Positions 61,561 through 64,000 of a stretch of DNA of 64,000 bases are shown piece by piece. The notes below the pieces were generated by a model. The model saw nothing but the letters and a program-made list of their open reading frames with translations. It was not told where the DNA came from and made no database searches. Made by a program: the position numbers and the translations under genes. The DNA is from Thermodesulfobacteriota bacterium (lineage in GTDB: Bacteria; Desulfobacterota_D; UBA1144; Nemesobacterales; Nemesobacteraceae): contig OZ220467.1 in assembly GCA_965116075.1 (NCBI GenBank), positions 1,857,067 to 1,921,066 on the forward strand, in the 5' to 3' direction. The stretch's first letter is position 1. Every line of letters starts with the position of its first letter.

Positions 61561-62757
61561 CTATGTTCTGTAGTCGGAATTTATTGATACATATTCGTGA
61601 CTCAGATCACTTGTTAATACTGAATATTGCTCTTTTCCTTGTCCAAGACTCAATGTGACAGAAAAAGATGGTTTAGCGAACACATGATCAAATGTAGATT
61701 CAGGTTTTGACTTAACTCCATTGGAAAAAACTTCACAATCATCGAAATAAAGTTTTATTTTTTCCACGGAAACATCCACTCCCGCTCTTCCCGCAGCTGC
61801 GATTACCCTTCCCCAGTTTGCATCTTCTCCGTAAAAAGCGGTCTTGACAAGTTGTGAATTCGCTATGGTTTTTGCTATTTTACGCGCGTCTTCCGTAGTT
61901 GCGGCTTCTGTTATATTGATCCTTACAACCTTTGTCGCCCCTTCTCCATCACGCACTATCATCTCAGCGATTTCCTCGAATAAAGCGCAAAGCGTTTCTG
62001 TAAACCCAGGGTAATGCCGACTTTGCTCCGTGATTTCAGGGTTCCCAAGAACCCCGTTTGCAAGAACAAAGACAGAATCATTTGTGGAAGTATCGCCATC
62101 AACCGTTATTGAGTTAAAAGATATGTCTGCTGCATGACGAAGCGCTTTAGAGAGAGCTGAATTTTCAATGTTAACATCGGTAATCACAAAACATAGCATG
62201 GTGGCCATGTCAGGACATATCATTCCAGCTCCCTTGCCAATTGCCACCAAAGAAGCGGTTTTTTCACCAATATTCAACTTTTTCACCGCGTATTTAGGAA
62301 AAGCGTCTGTAGTCATAATCGCTTCTGCAACATCTGCGATATTGTCCTCTCCAAGACCATTTACGAGTCCGGCGATAGCTTTTTTAATTTTTTCCGTAGG
62401 TAATTTCTCTCCTATCACCCCAGTTGACGAAGGGATTACGAGAGACTGGTCTATGCCAAGTTCTTTTGCAACCTCACCAGCCACCACCACCGAGTCTTTA
62501 TAACCCTCACCGCCTGTACACGCATTCGCGTTGACACTATTTACAACTATCGCTTGACAGAAACCTCTGGCCGTTCGTTGTTGTCCTATAACCACAGGAG
62601 CAGCCTTTATAAAGTTTTTTGTAAATATGGCAGATACACGGGCAGGAACGGTTGAAAATATCAGAGCGAGATCCTTTTTCCCGTTTTCTCTGAGACCTGC
62701 GGATAAAGCGCTTAGAAGAAAACCTGATGGATTTTTCATGTTTCTAATTCCGTACAA
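61561..62757 (-). CDS. argJ: bifunctional glutamate N-acetyltransferase / amino-acid acetyltransferase ArgJ
   Basis: Self-cleavage site ATMLCFVITD; 398 aa. Confidence 0.9.
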   Translation of the reverse strand: MYGIRNMKNPSGFLLSALSAGLRENGKKDLALIFSTVPARVSAIFTKNFIKAAPVVIGQQRTARGFCQAIVVNSVNANACTGGEGYKDSVVVAGEVAKELGIDQSLVIPSSTGVIGEKLPTEKIKKAIAGLVNGLGEDNIADVAEAIMTTDAFPKYAVKKLNIGEKTASLVAIGKGAGMICPDMATMLCFVITDVNIENSALSKALRHAADISFNSITVDGDTSTNDSVFVLANGVLGNPEITEQSRHYPGFTETLCALFEEIAEMIVRDGEGATKVVRINITEAATTEDARKIAKTIANSQLVKTAFYGEDANWGRVIAAAGRAGVDVSVEKIKLYFDDCEVFSNGVKSKPESTFDHVFAKPSFSVTLSLGQGKEQYSVLTSDLSHEYVSINSDYRT

Positions 62758-63130
62758 TCCTGGTCAGTTGTAATTATTTCTAGAAGAATTTTTAGTGAGG
62801 GTGCTCCAGCGTATCAAACATGAGATGTTTTTTATACACAAGATTGAATATATTCAGAAAGCAGGGCATTTACGATGTCCAACATATAATAATGATTTGA
62901 TATGGGACAAAAATCTCTCACATCAAGATTCTAGTAGAAACTGGCTAATCCCCTAGAGAAATCAAAATCTTATCTCAAACACAAATTAGTTATGGGAATC
63001 AACTTAGCCGCAACTTAAATAAGTAGCAAACCAAAGGAGTCAAAACTGAGCCAAAAAATCGTTATAACGCAAATAACTTGTAAATACTTTAGTTCAGATT
63101 GTAAGAATTATTTATTTCTCAAAGCATCTC

Positions 63131-63994
63131 TTAAGATTTTTTACCGAGGTTAACCTTGGAAAGACTAACCCCTTTCGCCTTTTTCTCAGCCCAAGATAAA
63201 GCACCTTTCGTATTTGACCAGTTTTCCGCGTTATGGGAGGCATAAACAATAGCCTCTTCCGGTGAACTAGGTGTATATCGTGCGGGCAGATCCTCTGGCA
63301 ATTGTGTCAAAAACTTTGGGACAAAGGGGTTCTCTTCCAACGCCTTATTAATAGCCTTATTGGCACGTGAAGAAGCCCCCTCTTTTCTAAATAGTAAAAG
63401 AGCCATGTTCCAACACCATTCGCTACAATACGGTTCTTCGTGAAACTTTAACAGTTTTTCAGCTTCAGATAGATCATCAAGAGCAAACAATTTAGAGACT
63501 AGAAAGAAACGCATCCCTTGGTTATCGTTAGGGTTTAGTTCAAGCATATGTCTCACAAGGGCAAGTGACTTTTCTCTCTCCCCTGCCCGCCAGATGCATT
63601 GGGAAAGACCTTCAAGAGCCCTCATGTAGGGACGCGTCTCTAATATCCCCCAGAAAAATCCGGCATGCTCGGTAAAAGCGTCAGAACCCAAATCAAGTTC
63701 TATAGCGTTTTTCCCTGCTACCACTCCGTGTTTTAAAAAGTCTATTCTCTCAGCAAGATCACCGGATTCCTCAGCAAGAATCACCCAAGCGTCCGCGCAG
63801 AGGTCTGAAATATCAAGCGCTTTTTTTGCCAGAAAGATTCTCTCATACATGCACATGGCGTCCCATGCGTCGTAAACGATATTCTGCGCTTCTTTAAGTC
63901 GAGAAAGCCTGATAGCATCTGGCTCTATACAATCCTCATCATCGCCAGCAAGAAAAAATGAACTCTCCACTACCCAAGACAATAGGGATCTCAT
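63131..63994 (-). CDS. hypothetical helical-repeat protein (287 aa)
   Basis: ORF with consistent codon usage; no recognisable catalytic motif. Confidence 0.4.
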   Translation of the reverse strand: MRSLLSWVVESSFFLAGDDEDCIEPDAIRLSRLKEAQNIVYDAWDAMCMYERIFLAKKALDISDLCADAWVILAEESGDLAERIDFLKHGVVAGKNAIELDLGSDAFTEHAGFFWGILETRPYMRALEGLSQCIWRAGEREKSLALVRHMLELNPNDNQGMRFFLVSKLFALDDLSEAEKLLKFHEEPYCSEWCWNMALLLFRKEGASSRANKAINKALEENPFVPKFLTQLPEDLPARYTPSSPEEAIVYASHNAENWSNTKGALSWAEKKAKGVSLSKVNLGKKS

Positions 63995-64000
63995 AGAATC

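Overview
The window reads as a bacterial chromosomal segment. Codon usage is purine-rich (AGA/AGG Arg, ATA Ile) and proteins are Lys/Glu-rich; this is reminiscent of thermophilic lineages but I cannot identify the organism from sequence alone.

The backbone is largely housekeeping, by coordinate: hemW, a TolC/adaptor/ABC-ATPase efflux set, eno-leuC-leuD, an rpoN-hpf-hprK-rapZ-EIIA(Man) regulatory cluster, a TonB-dependent receptor, and tRNA-Leu and tRNA-Cys. Then come PhzF, a MoxR/VWA pair, purU, glnS and a thiolase-crotonase-hbd-acd butyrate-type operon. Further on are GST, acpH and htpG, then an IS-rich block (roughly 40.9-53.3 kb) holding hemB, rpmE2 and a frameshifted nfi. The window ends with aat, msrA, a futalosine-type menaquinone late-step cluster (mqnC/E-like, ubiD-like, ubiX, ubiA-like), recO and argJ.

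The accessory signal sits on top of this backbone:
- An intact IS4/IS5-superfamily IS at 46583-48567 has perfect 16-bp terminal inverted repeats (TIRs), GAGGCATTTGCGCTGT. Its left end (LE) and right end (RE) recur as solo ends, end fragments and one complete ~470-bp MITE (non-autonomous inverted-repeat element) in at least eight intergenic sites.
- Two families of paralogous surface proteins lie next to these repeats:
  - A pair of lipoproteins combining a collagen-like GXY stalk with RTX calcium-binding repeats (19602-20759 on +, 39314-40474 on -). They share near-identical promoters and 5'UTRs, each carrying a G11-G12 homopolymer between putative -35 and -10 boxes. That is the classic arrangement for slipped-strand phase variation.
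  - A pair of ~490-aa secreted proteins with tandem Cache-like domains and an unusual C-terminal GCAIAG / TM helix / basic-tail sorting-signal-like end.
- Further homopolymer tracts (C12 at 9441, C10 at 43015) sit in related repeat contexts.
- The IS-rich block contains an ISAs1-family element, an IS110 N-terminal fragment, a frameshifted IS630 transposase and an IS1634-family element.
- No CRISPR array or rRNA genes were seen.
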